Positions 62,485-64,000 of a stretch of DNA of 64,000 bases are shown piece after piece. A program made the position numbers and the translations under genes. The notes under the pieces are model-generated. The model had not been told where the DNA came from and ran no database searches. It saw only the letters and a list, made by a program, of their open reading frames with translations. Position 1 is the stretch's first letter. Every line of letters begins with the position of its first letter. Source of the stretch: a candidate division FCPU426 bacterium (GTDB lineage: Bacteria > Oederibacteriota > Muellerivitia > Muellerivitales > Muellerivitaceae); assembly GCA_963847625.1 (NCBI GenBank), contig CAWKAR010000034.1, forward strand, positions 49,358-113,357, read 5' to 3'.

Positions 62485-64000
62485 CCTGATATGTATGGGC
62501 CAGTCAACCTTCAGATTCTAGGGTGTTGGTCTTTTCACGGACCAGCACGACAGAGCCCTGATTCCAAGAGCGTAGCCATTTCCGACGGTTGATCAAACTG
62601 ATATTCGCGTATTACCCCAAAGGGCAGGGACGCATGATGACCTGTCGTCGGGAGCTGCCTCGATCTTTGTCCGTGCGTCATGAAATAAGACTTCATTGCA
62701 CAAGGGGTCGTCGAGGGTTCTCCGTGCCGCGCCACGCTCCTGAAATCAGAGCTCGTCCTTCTTTTTCTTCTCATCGGATCTATTACTGATCGGATGGGAT
62801 CATCTGTCCAATCGCCCAGATAAAGCCAGCCAATTCCCGTGCGATGGCCACTACCGCCACCTGGGAACGTTTGTTTCGGCTTACCATCCGCCGAAACTTC
62901 AAATGCAAACGTTCATCAGCTTTTCGTGCTAAATGTATAACTTCCGGGGGACAACCTTTTCTCCGTTTAGCGAGTGTTGGACTCCCAAGGCTTCGTAGCT
63001 GATAGGTCCATGCCCCTTGGACTAGCACTCGCCTCAAATGGGCATTTCCGGATTTGACAATCCCGCCCCGGTAAACATGGCTTCCGGTGCTGTCTTCCCA
63101 ACTGACCATTCCCGTATATCGCATATAACTGCGGGCGTTTTTAAACCGCCTGAAATCTCCGCTTTCTGCTAATAAAGTCATGGCCGTGAGTGTGTTAACG
63201 CCTTTCAGGCATTTCAAATAGCTGACAGCAATTCGATATTTCTCGTCTTGTGCCAGCAATTCAACTTCACAATTCAAATCAGCCAAGTGCACGTCAATCT
63301 CAGCCAAAATTCGGTAATTCGCTTCATAGGTCTTTACGAGATTTGGCAGCTCAAACTTCTGGTGTCTCAACCATTCCCTATGGGCTTGGGTCCAGTGTTT
63401 GCCACCCCGATAAATCCGGCCTTGCCTAAGCAGGAATTTCAATAACCGATGACGGGCTCTCAACTGGTTTGCGAGAACATCTTCCCGGACACGCAGCAAA
63501 TCCCTCACGGATTCTTCTTCGGGCGTGGGTACCCGGACTTCTTTCAAATCCCTCATGCGCCAATACCAAGACAGCTTTTCTGCGTCCTTTCGGTCCGTCT
63601 TGACTCGGTCCCCAGGTTTCATCGGCATCCATGCGGGCGCAATCACCGCACAAGGGTGTCCCAATTGGGTAATCTGCCTATACAAAGCAAATCCCCCAGG
63701 CCCAGCCTCATAAACGAATTCCAGTGGGGCATGGCGGCGATTAAGTTCCCGTACTTTCTTTTCAATGATTGATGGCTGATTTTCAACCGTAACCGAGGGA
63801 TCAGGACGATCCTTGTCGGGCCTTAAAACTGCAATCGTGATCGTTTCCTTATGAACATCCAGCCCTACCACCGTGCTATTATTTCCCATGGGTCAGCCCT
63901 CCGTATGCGGATAGGCTCCTTACCAGGAGCAACCCGCGTTATTTTGATCAGCTACTATTGATCAAAGCTACTACGTAGGTTGCTGGCCCATACATGCTAT
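62485..64000 (-). mobile_element. IS110-family element of IS1111 type (ends approximate)
   Basis: 13-bp subterminal IR ATGTATGGGCCAG (62491-62503) / CTGGCCCATACAT (63983-63995); long non-coding region 3' of the transposase. Confidence 0.82.
62783..63889 (-). CDS. IS110-family transposase/recombinase
   Basis: VGLDVHK, YEAG, KTDRKDA (DEDD), STGS, GNAHLRRVL, VAIAREL. Confidence 0.95.
   Translation of the reverse strand: MGNNSTVVGLDVHKETITIAVLRPDKDRPDPSVTVENQPSIIEKKVRELNRRHAPLEFVYEAGPGGFALYRQITQLGHPCAVIAPAWMPMKPGDRVKTDRKDAEKLSWYWRMRDLKEVRVPTPEEESVRDLLRVREDVLANQLRARHRLLKFLLRQGRIYRGGKHWTQAHREWLRHQKFELPNLVKTYEANYRILAEIDVHLADLNCEVELLAQDEKYRIAVSYLKCLKGVNTLTAMTLLAESGDFRRFKNARSYMRYTGMVSWEDSTGSHVYRGGIVKSGNAHLRRVLVQGAWTYQLRSLGSPTLAKRRKGCPPEVIHLARKADERLHLKFRRMVSRNKRSQVAVVAIARELAGFIWAIGQMIPSDQ

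Overview
Bacterial chromosomal window from a diderm (LPS-producing) organism; most genes are on the minus strand. The very long Thr/Pro-linker proteins with PYPNP/FlgD-like C-termini tentatively suggest candidate phylum FCPU426 (inference only). Left to right: (1) a DUF2292/YezD small gene behind a sigma70 promoter and two tandem riboswitch-like elements, each ending in a terminator; (2) glycerate kinase; (3) two giant secreted Thr/Pro-rich proteins, one a GH5 glycoside hydrolase; (4) bioB and two GT-C-like membrane proteins; (5) a lipid A/LPS core cluster (lpxB, DUF374 acyltransferase, waaA, lpxK, five GT9, one GT4) with ilvE inside it; (6) a 3D-domain protein, trpG, trpE, hisI; (7) a putative metal-handling ABC operon; (8) GNAT, LOG, HMGL-like aldolase, ilvC, thrH and two diguanylate cyclases; (9) an accessory region (about 52.9-64 kb) with IS30, IS3 and IS110/IS1111 elements, a HigBA-like TA pair, an orphan antitoxin, a 42-bp tandem repeat array and an ORF6N gene. 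The most unusual feature is an array of four 27-31 bp palindromes directly upstream of the ORF6N gene, each a variant of the 33-bp palindrome that encodes the LKSQFATSS segment inside the gene. A dispersed ~85-bp double-inverted-repeat element occurs three times. Four single-base frameshifts at 38-43 kb look like assembly errors.
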